Shown here piece after piece: positions 1 to 9,945 of a stretch of DNA of 64,000 nucleotides. The stretch covers positions 26,895 through 90,894 of the forward strand of contig MGFR01000005.1 in the NCBI GenBank assembly GCA_001791995.1. Direction: 5' to 3'. Below the pieces are notes generated by a model. That model did not search any database, was not told where the DNA came from, and saw only the letters and a list, made by a program, of their open reading frames with translations. Position 1 is the first letter of the stretch. Every line of letters begins with the position of its first letter. The stretch comes from Candidatus Woesebacteria bacterium RBG_13_46_13 (lineage in GTDB: Bacteria; Patescibacteriota; Microgenomatia; UBA8517). A program made the translations under genes and the position numbers.

Positions 1-742
1 ATGAGGCTACAATTTCCGGCTTCGGCCTAAAAAAAACTTCGGGAAAATAAAAGTCTTTCGGAAAGGGCCTACCAAGCTCGTATTTATATTTGATATCTCT
101 CTTGGGAACCTTACGGTCCTCCATAAGTCCGGAAGAGCGAATAAGATGGGTCAGGTGCATATACGACCGGTCGACAAACATCCTTTTTGCCGGGGTTCTC
201 CCCTGTATCAAGATATTGTTCTCGTCATAATACCCGTGCTGTCCGTGGGGTTTTGCAGTATAAAGGCCAGGAATACTCCTGTTAATAAATCTTATTGTCA
301 GATGTCCCACCCTCCCGTCTATTTTGTACATACCGGCTTCTTCTTCCTGATAATGATAAATGTCGCCTATTGGCAAAACCATCCTTACAACCACAGATTC
401 CATCCGATCGCCTTTTTCCTGAATTCTCCTTACAACTTCTTTAATCGATTCTTCCCACCAGACCTCATCCCCGTCCAATATCATAAACCAGTCCGAGGTT
501 GTCTCCTCGAGCATCTTTTGTCTTAAATCCGTATATCCCTGAGGGGTAACCTCACCAAACTCTTTAAAATCAATTTTTCCTGGATAGCGCTTTTGAATTT
601 CTTTGATTATTCTTGGAGTTTTATCCGTACTTCCCGTATCCCAAAGAAGAACTTTATCGACAAAATCGATTACACTTGTTACCGCATACCAGACATATCT
701 TTCTTCGTTTTTAACCAAAACATGGGCCCAGATACTCTTCAT
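1..742 (-). CDS. Family 2 glycosyltransferase (partial, 3' end runs off the window)
   Basis: Not in the ORF track. Manual translation from ATG 742 (ATGA overlap with the flippase stop at 739-741) gives MKSIWAHVLVKNEERYVWYAVTSVIDFVDKVLLWDTGSTDKT..., a GT-A/GT2 N-terminus, with a later WFMILDGDE DxD motif. Confidence 0.85.
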   Translation of the reverse strand, partial: MKSIWAHVLVKNEERYVWYAVTSVIDFVDKVLLWDTGSTDKTPRIIKEIQKRYPGKIDFKEFGEVTPQGYTDLRQKMLEETTSDWFMILDGDEVWWEESIKEVVRRIQEKGDRMESVVVRMVLPIGDIYHYQEEEAGMYKIDGRVGHLTIRFINRSIPGLYTAKPHGQHGYYDENNILIQGRTPAKRMFVDRSYMHLTHLIRSSGLMEDRKVPKRDIKYKYELGRPFPKDFYFPEVFFRPKPEIVAS

Positions 743-2019
743 TTATCAATCCAGTAGTATTTAACCACAATCGTCCAGGAATAGATCATCAAGATGGTAT
801 GAACCGCCCCGAAAGCAATCGTGGGACCTATCGGGCCATAAATTGGGATGAAGATGTAGTTCAGGGCAAAAATTGCGGCAAGCTGGAAAAAAGAGAAAAG
901 GCCGATGAATACGGTTTTTTTGAGCGCGTATATAATTGCCGTAACCGCAGGAACGGCAAGAAGATAGGGAATCATCGCGGCCGATAGGGCCTGGAAAACG
1001 GGGACGGACTCAATATATTTGACACCGAAAAGTAAAACAATGAACGGTTTCGCGATAATTATCCAAAATACTATCCCCACCGATGTCGCCAGAACCGCCA
1101 AGGTCGCCTTAATAAGGTAGCTTCTTTCCTTCTCCCTATTTTCGAAAGCTGCAAATCTCGGAGCCAGGACCGAAGAAAGACTGGAAGAAAGAACCACTAT
1201 GAAAGAGGATAGTTTTGCCGGTATCGAGTATATTCCTGTCGCAGCCGCTCCGGCTATCGCGGCAAGCATTTGAATATCAAGCTTCCCGGAAATTGAAGAA
1301 ATAATTCTATTTACTCCTAGCCAGCTGGAAAATTTCACCAACTTTAGGTATATGTCCTTCTTTGGTTTAGCTCTTAAAAAGCCAAGTCCTGTGAAGGCAA
1401 ATCCCACAATCCCTGCAATGGCAACGCTAATTGTAAAGGCGGCCAAGGTAGAATTGATTGTCAAAACTCCCGCTATTAAAAGAAAATAGGGGATAACCGC
1501 CTTAGGCAAGCTCAAGGAAACGTCGATAAGAACAGACTGCAGGAATTTCTTCTTCGCATGTAGGATCGAAGGGAGAAATCCCCAAATAACCGCAAGGAAG
1601 GATATGGCTGCCACCCAGTAGGAAATAGTTCTGTCGTTTGTTGCCAACCAACTTCTGGCAACAAAGGCGGCAAATAAAATCAAGAAAAGGACCAAAGGGA
1701 GAGTTGCGAGGACCTTTATCAAAAAGGCTGCTTTCGCATATTCATAGGCTTTGGCGATGTTGTCCCTCGAAAATTCTGCCGCCGCGAAGCTTATCAGCCC
1801 GGAGGAAATCCCCAAATCGGTAAGTGAAGAAACAATTACGATCAAGTTTGTGGCTGCGGAAAGTATTCCAAAATCCTCAACGCTCAAGGCTCTGGCAACG
1901 ATAACTGTAAAAACGAATCCCAAGAAAGCAGCAAATAAGTTGCCGCTGAATAAAATATATGTATCTCTGGCGGTTCCCGATCTAACAAGCCCGAATGCTC
2001 GACCGATATACTTTCTCAC
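739..2019 (-). CDS. Oligosaccharide flippase (Wzx/MOP family)
   Basis: 426 aa with many TM segments; ARALSVEDFGILS and DLGISSG motifs typical of Wzx. Confidence 0.85.
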   Translation of the reverse strand: MRKYIGRAFGLVRSGTARDTYILFSGNLFAAFLGFVFTVIVARALSVEDFGILSAATNLIVIVSSLTDLGISSGLISFAAAEFSRDNIAKAYEYAKAAFLIKVLATLPLVLFLILFAAFVARSWLATNDRTISYWVAAISFLAVIWGFLPSILHAKKKFLQSVLIDVSLSLPKAVIPYFLLIAGVLTINSTLAAFTISVAIAGIVGFAFTGLGFLRAKPKKDIYLKLVKFSSWLGVNRIISSISGKLDIQMLAAIAGAAATGIYSIPAKLSSFIVVLSSSLSSVLAPRFAAFENREKERSYLIKATLAVLATSVGIVFWIIIAKPFIVLLFGVKYIESVPVFQALSAAMIPYLLAVPAVTAIIYALKKTVFIGLFSFFQLAAIFALNYIFIPIYGPIGPTIAFGAVHTILMIYSWTIVVKYYWIDK

Positions 2020-2762
2020 CTGATAATTTTACTACGAAATCCCCTCCCCCTTCTTAAGAGAAGTTTTGTAAGCTCCCGGAGGTACACAACAAGATTATCT
2101 AGATAGATAAGCACATATCCACGCTTCAATTTGTTTCTATTATTATTTACGAATTTTCTGTACTCCCCAATCAAGGAATGGAAATCCAAATCCTTTATTT
2201 CCTTGTACTTGATGTTGCCTTCCCAATAATGGACAAGCTCGGTCTCCCCCAACCATTTCTTAAAATGAAACTCGCCGCTATAAAGCAGCGGATAGTTCTT
2301 GGGCATAACAACCATCTTGCCGGTTTCCTTAAAGAATAACCACTTGTGATGTCCTAACCCCGGTACTCTTCTCGCCCCAGTTGCCCAGTCGGTAAAGTCC
2401 ACATGAGAAAAGACCATATCCGTCCCCATTGAGGGAGTAATTATCAATCCCCTTTTGGCAACCCGGCTCATTTCCTCTAGCGCTAAAAAGGGGTAAGGTA
2501 AATCCTCAAGTGTGTGACTGCAAATGCAAAAATCGAATTCCTTATCCTTAAAGGGAAATTTATATTTAACGATATCGAGCTTTACAAAATTCTTCGCAAG
2601 GAGCTTTGACCGACCATAGGGTGCATCCTCCGGTCGTATGACGTCAATTAGTGTATGCACCTTGAGGTCTTGATGTTGTTTCATGCTTCCGCCAACATCG
2701 AGAATTTTATCTGTTGGCTTAATCCTAAACTTTTCGATAATCTGTCTATCAGTTAACGGCAT
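2016..2762 (-). CDS. Class I SAM-dependent methyltransferase (type 11-like)
   Basis: ILDVGGS motif I; FPFKDKEFDFCICSHTLEDL; EMSRVAKRG. Confidence 0.75.
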   Translation of the reverse strand: MPLTDRQIIEKFRIKPTDKILDVGGSMKQHQDLKVHTLIDVIRPEDAPYGRSKLLAKNFVKLDIVKYKFPFKDKEFDFCICSHTLEDLPYPFLALEEMSRVAKRGLIITPSMGTDMVFSHVDFTDWATGARRVPGLGHHKWLFFKETGKMVVMPKNYPLLYSGEFHFKKWLGETELVHYWEGNIKYKEIKDLDFHSLIGEYRKFVNNNRNKLKRGYVLIYLDNLVVYLRELTKLLLRRGRGFRSKIIR

Positions 2763-2764
2763 AT

Positions 2765-4363
2765 TTATTTTCTGACAAGAAGAACCGCTCGGCTACCCTG
2801 CTGTTCATAGGTTTCCGAAGATGACACCGAAAACTCTCCGGCGAGTTTATAATTTTCGGATATATATTTATCCTGGATATGTCTGGGGTTTTCTAATATC
2901 TGTCTCCATTCCTGTCCCATATAATAATTTTCGTCATCGATGAGATAATCCGTGATGTATATTGCGTCGACTCTTTCTCCAACATCCTTAAGCATTTCGG
3001 TCTTCAGAGGATACCAGATGGTTTTTCTTTCTCCATACCAGCTTCCCCACGTATCAAGATTCGTCAGAACAACATCGTCCGGTTTTGTGTTTTCCTTTAA
3101 AACCCGAGAGAGCTGTACATAAACCGGCGTTTTGTCTTTATTTAGGCTTTTCGATATAAATCTCGAGTCAAGAAATAGCACGCCCAACGTTTGCCCTACC
3201 ACAAAAAACAGAATTAAGAATGAGGAGGCGAAAGTTATGATTCCTGATTTGTGTTTGATCAATAGCGCTCTCGCCTTTCCATCCGCAACCGGCAGTGAGC
3301 TATCGATTGCTTTTCCGATAATCCAAACTAAAGTTGCTGTGGCTAAGAGATAGACCAATGGGACAACCGGGTGTATATAGCGATACAACGGAATAGTAAT
3401 AGCGCTGGCGGCAAAGGTTAACGCAACGATAATAATAGTTGTAACCTTAAACGAATTCTCTGCCCGCCCTCTTCCCCAAATCAAAATTCCGATGAAAAAT
3501 AGCGCCCACATATATGGAGAGGCGGTTTGGGGGAGAAGTTTATAAAAGTTGTACAGATTGTAAAGCAGCTTTTTAACAATTGCTAAGAAATTCACATCCT
3601 GCACAACTCCTCTGAGGGATACCGAGGAAGAAATCCCGGGTAGAGTCTGGGTTATTGCAAAAATACCCTGATAGGATTTGGCAAAAAAGACTAGAATTCC
3701 CAAGATAGAAACTACCACGAAATACTTAATCGCACTTTTCAAGGAGTAGTTAAGCAGAAAAAAGAAAAGCAAAAGACCAAATATAAATATTATCGATTGT
3801 GCTTTGGTGAAATACATTAAAACCAACACAAGTATTCCAATTAAATTTGCCCATCTTTTTCTCAATAAAATCAAATAAGCAGCTAGTAAGATCTCAAAAA
3901 TGAAAAGTGACTCCGATGCCCCACTGGTTGCATAACTTAAAAGGCTGACGTTAAAGCACCCCGCCACTGCGGAAAGAATCCCGACCCTCTCTCTAAACAA
4001 CCGTTTCCCGAGCAAATAAATAAGAACAATTGACCCTATGAAAAATATTGTCGAGACTGCAATCACTGACGAATCGGAGACGCCCAAAAAGGAGAACATT
4101 AGGGCAATTGCCAGGGGCATAACGGGAGGAACGTAGAGAGCTGAATATATACCCATTTCGGTAGTTGGAACAGGAGGGCTAAAAAAACGAAATGAAGACC
4201 CGTACCCTTTACCTTGGACAATATTTCTTGCAATATCTGCAAATTTTGCCCCATCGGAAAAAGTAAGATATGGACTCGAAGTGTATTTATGAAATATATA
4301 GGGGACGAAAACCGAGAGTATAATTATAAGAATCAACAGAACGTATTTTTTCCGAACAAACAT
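2765..4363 (-). CDS. GT-C fold membrane glycosyltransferase (ArnT/PMT-like, GT39/83)
   Basis: 532 aa polytopic protein; FSDGAKFADIARN loop after TM1, PP motif, SESLF, YRY and a soluble C-terminal domain. Confidence 0.75.
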   Translation of the reverse strand: MFVRKKYVLLILIIILSVFVPYIFHKYTSSPYLTFSDGAKFADIARNIVQGKGYGSSFRFFSPPVPTTEMGIYSALYVPPVMPLAIALMFSFLGVSDSSVIAVSTIFFIGSIVLIYLLGKRLFRERVGILSAVAGCFNVSLLSYATSGASESLFIFEILLAAYLILLRKRWANLIGILVLVLMYFTKAQSIIFIFGLLLFFFLLNYSLKSAIKYFVVVSILGILVFFAKSYQGIFAITQTLPGISSSVSLRGVVQDVNFLAIVKKLLYNLYNFYKLLPQTASPYMWALFFIGILIWGRGRAENSFKVTTIIIVALTFAASAITIPLYRYIHPVVPLVYLLATATLVWIIGKAIDSSLPVADGKARALLIKHKSGIITFASSFLILFFVVGQTLGVLFLDSRFISKSLNKDKTPVYVQLSRVLKENTKPDDVVLTNLDTWGSWYGERKTIWYPLKTEMLKDVGERVDAIYITDYLIDDENYYMGQEWRQILENPRHIQDKYISENYKLAGEFSVSSSETYEQQGSRAVLLVRK

Positions 4364-4368
4364 GACTG

Positions 4369-4377
4369 ATTATATCA
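4369..4377 (-). promoter_or_regulatory. Putative extended -10 box (TGATATAAT), 5 nt upstream of ATG 4363; leaderless-type promoter
   Basis: Minus strand reads TGA-TATAAT-CAGTC-ATG, a perfect sigma70 extended -10 overlapping the upstream stop codon. Confidence 0.55.
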
Positions 4378-5047
4378 TTGGAGTTGCCTGCTTTTCTGCC
4401 TCAAGAATTAAACCGTAATTCTTCTCGACCTTCGATATTCCGTCAATTCTGCTCGATAGACGCTTCTTTTTTAGAATATTCTTAAATCCGGCTTTTAACA
4501 GATGGTGCCGAAGCGAATCCTCGTCATACATCCATTTGTGTGTATGGAAATCCTGCAAACTTAGGAGTATTTGATAAAAAATGTTCCCGCTTCGTCTCGT
4601 CGGGGTCCTTAATCGCATTTTGTTCATCATAGAATCCGCCGCAGGAATTTCCTCTTCTTTCGTTTCGCCTAAATAAGACAAAACCTGTTTCCTTAGGTCA
4701 GGAACCATTAATCTTAATATCCCTCCCTTTATTAGGATTCTATGACAGTCTATTAGTAGTCTATCGGCATCATCGAGGTATAGATGTTCTAGTAGATGCG
4801 ATGAATAGATTGCTACAACTGAATTGTCTCGAAAGGGCAACCTCTTCCTAACATCGTGAATAATTATACTTTTGTTCCATTTAATATTAGCAATTTTTTG
4901 TGGAATAATACCGATAACGCCCAGCAATTTCCGGAGGCGTCTCATTCTCCCAAATCTCGCATTTAAAGAGCCATCAATATTAATCCACCCCGACGGAGTT
5001 ACCGTCCCGCAGCCCAAATGGATACGCAATCGTTTACTCTTGGACAT
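4370..5047 (-). CDS. Class I SAM-dependent methyltransferase (type 11-like)
   Basis: IHLGCG, GWINID, LPFRDNSV, YSSHLLEHL and GGILRLMVPD motifs. ATG 5047 preferred over the TTG at 5056. Confidence 0.8.
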   Translation of the reverse strand: MSKSKRLRIHLGCGTVTPSGWINIDGSLNARFGRMRRLRKLLGVIGIIPQKIANIKWNKSIIIHDVRKRLPFRDNSVVAIYSSHLLEHLYLDDADRLLIDCHRILIKGGILRLMVPDLRKQVLSYLGETKEEEIPAADSMMNKMRLRTPTRRSGNIFYQILLSLQDFHTHKWMYDEDSLRHHLLKAGFKNILKKKRLSSRIDGISKVEKNYGLILEAEKQATPMI

Positions 5048-5127
5048 AATGTTCAAGCATTTTAGCTCTTGGCTTTAACAGTTCCAACTTTATATTTTAA
5101 GCCCATCGTGTTATTCTGTCGAATAAA

Positions 5128-5841
5128 ATGAGGGTCAAGAATTTTTTTCGTTCTTCTCTATTTAATGACGTACTGGGCATTACCGGCCTAAGGCCTATTA
5201 TCACTGCTTTCAGGGTGTTGTTCAAACTTGAGCGTGATATGGGGCATTTTAAATCTTCTGCGAGGTGGTCCTCTGTCGACAAGTCAGGTAATCCCATACC
5301 TTGGTATTCTTATCCATCAATCGAGTTTCTAAAAACCCTGGATTTACGAAGAAAAAGTGTTTTCGAGTTCGGTTCCGGAAATTCCACTCTATACTTCTCA
5401 ACAAAGGCAAAGAAGGTTACAAGCGTGGAAAGCTCGGAAAGGTGGTATTTAAATATTAAGGAGAAAACCAGAAGAAGAAAAAATGTTACCCTCATTTACG
5501 CTCCATTAAAAAATGGGTACACAAATGCAATCTCTTCTAACAGAGCACGGTTTGACATTATTATAGTCGATGGAGCATTTCGAAAAAATACCGCAACTAT
5601 CGCTCTTAGGAAACTGAAAAGAGACGGTTTTATAATTCTTGATAACGCTGACTGGTTCCCCAATACTGCCGAATTTTTAAGGAGTAGGGGTCTGACGGAA
5701 GTTGACTTTACAGGATTTGGGCCAATCACCCCCTATCGCACTACAACAAGCATGTTCTTTTCAAGGCATACAATATTTAAGTATTTGGCGAAATCCCATC
5801 CTCCAACTCCTATCGGTGGCATCCACCAAATTACTGATTAG
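5128..5841 (+). CDS. Class I SAM-dependent methyltransferase-like protein
   Basis: PIPWY, VFEFGSGNST, VTSVES, FDIIIVDG and GFIILDN motifs; lies on the opposite strand to the main operon. Confidence 0.75.
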   Translation: MRVKNFFRSSLFNDVLGITGLRPIITAFRVLFKLERDMGHFKSSARWSSVDKSGNPIPWYSYPSIEFLKTLDLRRKSVFEFGSGNSTLYFSTKAKKVTSVESSERWYLNIKEKTRRRKNVTLIYAPLKNGYTNAISSNRARFDIIIVDGAFRKNTATIALRKLKRDGFIILDNADWFPNTAEFLRSRGLTEVDFTGFGPITPYRTTTSMFFSRHTIFKYLAKSHPPTPIGGIHQITD

Positions 5842-5952
5842 CTTGTACCTTGAGTAAAACTTCTCCTGCGTATTTTCTCAATTCAGGAAGTGAACAACAA
5901 TAATCCTTAATCTATCAAGTCTGCCCCCAATAAATAGAACTAGAACATACCT

Positions 5953-7086
5953 TCAATTGGATTTTAATGAATGGACTTCTAAGGATTTGATAGTTTTTGC
6001 AACTCTTATCATTTGATTTTCTGTAATTGCTAATCCGGAAGGCAGGTATAGACCTCTAGTTGCGATGTCTTCGGCTATCGGAAAATTTTCAGTTTTATTC
6101 AAATATTTCTTTAACACTGGTTGATCTTTCGGAGGATAGAAGAAATCCCTCGTATCAATACCCTTTTCCTTAAGTCTATCCCTTAACTCATCCTTTGTAA
6201 TTCCGATCTTTTCCGGATCGACCAATACTGAATACATCCAGTAAACGTTGGTTGCGTACCTTTTGGTAATAGGAGTCCTTACTCCGGGAATATCTTTCAA
6301 TAGTAATCCGTAAAGATTAGCCATGTATTGTTTCTTAAGGAGATATTCTTCTACGTGTTCCAACTGGCCACACCCTAAGGCTGCCTGGAGATTTGTTAAT
6401 CGGTAATTAAAACCAACCCCGTCGTGAATAAAACGTTTTTCTGTCGAATGGTGTAAATCTTTAAATTTTCGAGCCGCCTCAGCTAACTTTTCATCATTGG
6501 TCACTACCATTCCACCCTCTCCCGTTGTCACAATTTTGTTCCCATAGAAACTGAAACAGTTAACTACTCCAAAAGAACCTACTTTCTTACCTCTGTAGGT
6601 GGCACCATGAGCTTCTGCCGCATCCTCGACAACAAAGAGCTTGTGCTTTTTTGCAATCTTCATTATCGGGTCCATATCTGCGGGATGTCCATAAATGTGT
6701 ACCGGCATTATGGCTTTCGTCTTTTTTGTAATTTTTTTTTCAATCAGTTTCGGGTCAATGCAATAAGTTTCGGGCTCACAGTCCACAAAAACAGGTTTGG
6801 CGCCGACAAATATTACTGCCAGCCAAGAGGCGGCCATGGTAAAGGCGGGGATAATTACTTCATCTCCGGGGCCTATTCCCAAAGAAAGAAGGGCTACGTG
6901 TAGTGCTGCAGTACCGTTAGAAACCGCTACCGCGTATTTTGTTCCGATATACTCTGCGAACTTCTCTTCAAAAAGGCCTACATACTTCCCGGCAGAGGAG
7001 ACCCACCCCGTATTGAGAGCGTCATTGACGTAAATCTTTGCTTCCTCGGAAATTACTGGTTCGTTAACTGGAATGAAATCATCCAT
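5953..7086 (-). CDS. DegT/DnrJ/EryC1/StrS PLP-dependent aminotransferase (perosamine-synthase-like)
   Basis: SNGTAALH, PVHIYGHP, EDAAEAHGA, FSFYGNKIVTTGEGG (PLP lysine) and GFNYR. An alternative ATG lies at 7092. Confidence 0.92.
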   Translation of the reverse strand: MDDFIPVNEPVISEEAKIYVNDALNTGWVSSAGKYVGLFEEKFAEYIGTKYAVAVSNGTAALHVALLSLGIGPGDEVIIPAFTMAASWLAVIFVGAKPVFVDCEPETYCIDPKLIEKKITKKTKAIMPVHIYGHPADMDPIMKIAKKHKLFVVEDAAEAHGATYRGKKVGSFGVVNCFSFYGNKIVTTGEGGMVVTNDEKLAEAARKFKDLHHSTEKRFIHDGVGFNYRLTNLQAALGCGQLEHVEEYLLKKQYMANLYGLLLKDIPGVRTPITKRYATNVYWMYSVLVDPEKIGITKDELRDRLKEKGIDTRDFFYPPKDQPVLKKYLNKTENFPIAEDIATRGLYLPSGLAITENQMIRVAKTIKSLEVHSLKSN

Positions 7087-7498
7087 GTTCATGCTTTCTG
7101 TAGATTTTTGCCTTTTTTTCTCCGGGGTAAGGTCCTTGCTTTATTTCGATTAGTCTGCTCTTTTTAAGAATTTTCAAACCATGCCCTCCTGAAATAAAGA
7201 GAATAAAATCACCCGCTGAAAGAATTACCGATTTTACCTTTCTCCACTGCTCCGAATAAAGGTTCACGCGTACTTTGCCTTTTTCCAAATATAGGAATTC
7301 CTGCGTGGTATCCACCTTGTACTTGATATCTTGTCGGTGAATATGGTCTCTAATTATTTTGCCCGCGGGGTGCTCGATAAGCCCCAATTGAAGCGTATAG
7401 TCATCGGGGGTAAGAAAATTGACTCCATCTGCCCCTAGTTCCTTTCGAAAGATGTGGGCAATTACCTTACCTTTATATTCAATTGTTTCTTGTAGCAT
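7079..7498 (-). CDS. Small cupin-fold protein of glycan clusters
   Basis: 139 aa; HIH...QEFL...GKV...GD...GGHG...EIKQGPY cupin pattern. Confidence 0.65.
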   Translation of the reverse strand: MLQETIEYKGKVIAHIFRKELGADGVNFLTPDDYTLQLGLIEHPAGKIIRDHIHRQDIKYKVDTTQEFLYLEKGKVRVNLYSEQWRKVKSVILSAGDFILFISGGHGLKILKKSRLIEIKQGPYPGEKKAKIYRKHEHG

Positions 7499-8735
7499 TT
7501 TCGTCTTTAAAATCTTTTAGCACACCACTTATTGTCCTTTCAAAGTCTTTATTGTCCCAAAGTTTGAGTCTTTCCCTCCCCTTCCTTGCTAAGTCTTTCC
7601 TTAATTTTGGACTAGTATAGACCTTAAGAATTCCATCGGCAATATCTTTTGGATTCTTTGGATTAATTAAAAGGCCTGCATTTCCTAATTGTTCTCTACA
7701 CCCCCTGATATCAGAATAAAGAACCGGTGTTCCCATGGTCCACGCCTCATATACGGGAATATTTGTTGGCCCTAATAAGGTTGGCATAACCATTGCGGTA
7801 GCATTTTTGTATATTACAGATAGCTCTTCATTATCAACATACCCGAGATAAATGATATCTTTCTCAAGTTTATTATTCTTGATAAATTTTATGACCTCTT
7901 CAAAAGTACTATAATCTGCTGCTTTTGAGCCTGTAAGAATTAACTTAATGTCTATGTGTTTTGTCTTTAATTGTTTGACAGCTTTTATCAAATTTATATG
8001 GTTTTTATGCGGCCAGAATTTTGCGGGGTAAAAAATATAAGAATCTGGAAGATTAAGTTTCTTTAATATATTCCTTTCTTGGTTTCTTGTAATTTTGATG
8101 TTTAAATAAGATGGCGGAATATAGGGAAGAACCACAATTTTATCGGTCTTGATTTTATAATATCGTTTCAAATTTTCCTTTAATGTACCTGAGTCTACAA
8201 ATATCTTGTACGCTTTTCGGGAAACATTAGTAAGACCATATTCACGGTATTCCCATCGACCACCTGCGGTTGCTTCTTTAAGCTTAGGTTTGTTTCTGTG
8301 ACCTAAGTCGTAAACGGTAACAACCGAAGGAATATCGACAAGAAAAGATAAATAAGTTAACGAAGGGAAAAATATGATATCCAGTTTGTGCTTTCCCAGA
8401 AGTGCAATCAAGCCTCGCTGGCTTATTTTATAGAGAAACTCTATTAATGGGAAAAGGCCCATTTTGTAAACAAAAGAAAAAAAATTAAAAGGGAGATTCC
8501 CCAAGATATTCGAAATCAATCCTCTTAATAGATATAGATTCCTTGGAGACTTACTATAGAGGTTTATTAATCTGACGTTTTTCCTCTTAAAAATATCTTG
8601 TGGATAATCTGGGGAAACCGAGTAGATGAAGTATTGATTATTTGGAATCTTTACTAAAGCCTCCACCATCGACACGCAATATTGATAGGCGCCACCTTGG
8701 CTTTTTTGGGGAGTAAAGAATATACCAACTCTCAT
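7479..8735 (-). CDS. Family 4 glycosyltransferase
   Basis: YPAKFWPHKNH and MPTLLGPTNIPVYEAWTMGTPV GT-B motifs. Confidence 0.88.
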   Translation of the reverse strand: MRVGIFFTPQKSQGGAYQYCVSMVEALVKIPNNQYFIYSVSPDYPQDIFKRKNVRLINLYSKSPRNLYLLRGLISNILGNLPFNFFSFVYKMGLFPLIEFLYKISQRGLIALLGKHKLDIIFFPSLTYLSFLVDIPSVVTVYDLGHRNKPKLKEATAGGRWEYREYGLTNVSRKAYKIFVDSGTLKENLKRYYKIKTDKIVVLPYIPPSYLNIKITRNQERNILKKLNLPDSYIFYPAKFWPHKNHINLIKAVKQLKTKHIDIKLILTGSKAADYSTFEEVIKFIKNNKLEKDIIYLGYVDNEELSVIYKNATAMVMPTLLGPTNIPVYEAWTMGTPVLYSDIRGCREQLGNAGLLINPKNPKDIADGILKVYTSPKLRKDLARKGRERLKLWDNKDFERTISGVLKDFKDENATRNN

Positions 8736-9502
8736 TTAGTTTTTCTTGCTACCACGAAGATGTCCCACTTGTCGTCTGCAATTTTGGATTTTACCTCAAG
8801 AAAATTTGATACGTTTACCAATTCAAAACCCGCTTTCTCCAAAAAGTAACCAAGTTCGGGAATTGACCAGAATCTCATCGGGTGAACTTCTGTAACAACA
8901 TCTTTAAGCTCCGAGCCGACGATATCCATTACCTTAAACGAAATTTCAATTAGATTTTTTTCTAAATAGAGCTTGGAAGAAGTTAATCTGACGATATGTC
9001 TATCCCCAATAACTAACTCCTTAATCCGGTCGGTCGGACGATCCTTTAGAACAGCAGGTCCGTGCCAACAATCAAACATTAATAATCCCCCAATGTTCAA
9101 GCTTCTGTTTACGTTTTTAAGCATATTTTCAAACTGTTTATTTTCTGTCTGGTAACCAACTACATTAAACATAGATATTCCGCAGTCGAACTTACGTGAG
9201 GCTTTAAACTTACCAACATCTGCTTTTGTTAGTTGAACCCTTTTCCCCAACCTTTGTACGTCGATCTTCTTTTGAAAGGCCGACAGCATTGTCTCCGACC
9301 TGTCTATTCCTAAAATCTGATACCCTTTTTTTGCTAGTAAGACTTCGTGGTTTCCAGAACCGCATCCCAAACTGATGATGCTTGCTGCTTTTTTCTTGGA
9401 AAATCTTTTTATCATCTTCTGAATAAAATGAACCTCCTCGGGGTAATTCTTGTCCCTATATATCAAATCGTAGTATTGGGAATATTTGCCAAAATTACTC
9501 AT
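8732..9502 (-). CDS. Class I SAM-dependent methyltransferase
   Basis: YYDLIYRDKNY, SLGCGSGNH, GIDRS, FDCGISMFNV and GGLLMFD motifs. Confidence 0.85.
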   Translation of the reverse strand: MSNFGKYSQYYDLIYRDKNYPEEVHFIQKMIKRFSKKKAASIISLGCGSGNHEVLLAKKGYQILGIDRSETMLSAFQKKIDVQRLGKRVQLTKADVGKFKASRKFDCGISMFNVVGYQTENKQFENMLKNVNRSLNIGGLLMFDCWHGPAVLKDRPTDRIKELVIGDRHIVRLTSSKLYLEKNLIEISFKVMDIVGSELKDVVTEVHPMRFWSIPELGYFLEKAGFELVNVSNFLEVKSKIADDKWDIFVVARKTK

Positions 9503-9945
9503 TTGCGTACTTTCCTCGATGAAATAAACTCGATATTGTTCCCATCTGGGTCCTTAGCATAGACCATATATCTTCCTTTATTCGGACCTGCTGGAATAAC
9601 AAGCGGATCGGAAATAATTAATCCACCTTGAAGCTTAAAACGGACGATGAAGTTTAAAAAATCATTAACTTCAAAACAGATATGTGCACTTCCTATGTTA
9701 TTTGTGGCGCTGTTTAGTTTTTTACCTTTTGGGTTAACGTATTCCACCAATTCGAGGTAACAATTCTCACCTTTTAAGTAGGCGATTTTCAGATGAGCAT
9801 TGGGTATCCCAGTGGCCTTACCCGCAAAAGAAGATTTTCTGTCAGAAATATCCATCAAGATAAGATTACATGCGGTTTCATAAAATCTAACAGATTTTCG
9901 CACACTACCTACCGTATAGCTTAAGTGATTTATTTTGTTAGGCAT
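9499..9945 (-). CDS. VOC (glyoxalase/epimerase) family metalloprotein
   Basis: INHLSYTV, LELVEY, AHICFEV and KDPDGNNIEF give all four H/E/H/E metal ligands. ATG 9945 preferred over 9999. Confidence 0.85.
   Translation of the reverse strand: MPNKINHLSYTVGSVRKSVRFYETACNLILMDISDRKSSFAGKATGIPNAHLKIAYLKGENCYLELVEYVNPKGKKLNSATNNIGSAHICFEVNDFLNFIVRFKLQGGLIISDPLVIPAGPNKGRYMVYAKDPDGNNIEFISSRKVRK

Noticed and set aside
146-526. 126-aa plus-strand ORF
   Set aside because: Antisense shadow of the partial GT2 gene at 1..742; no recognisable motifs.
5842-5952. Possible terminator between the convergent methyltransferase and DegT genes
   Set aside because: Only an imperfect, long-looped inverted repeat without a convincing U-tract.
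6732-6740. 9-nt homopolymer (and similar 8-nt runs) as phase-variation tracts
   Set aside because: The runs are short, in frame and expected from Lys/Phe codons in AT-rich DNA; no frameshifted gene was seen.
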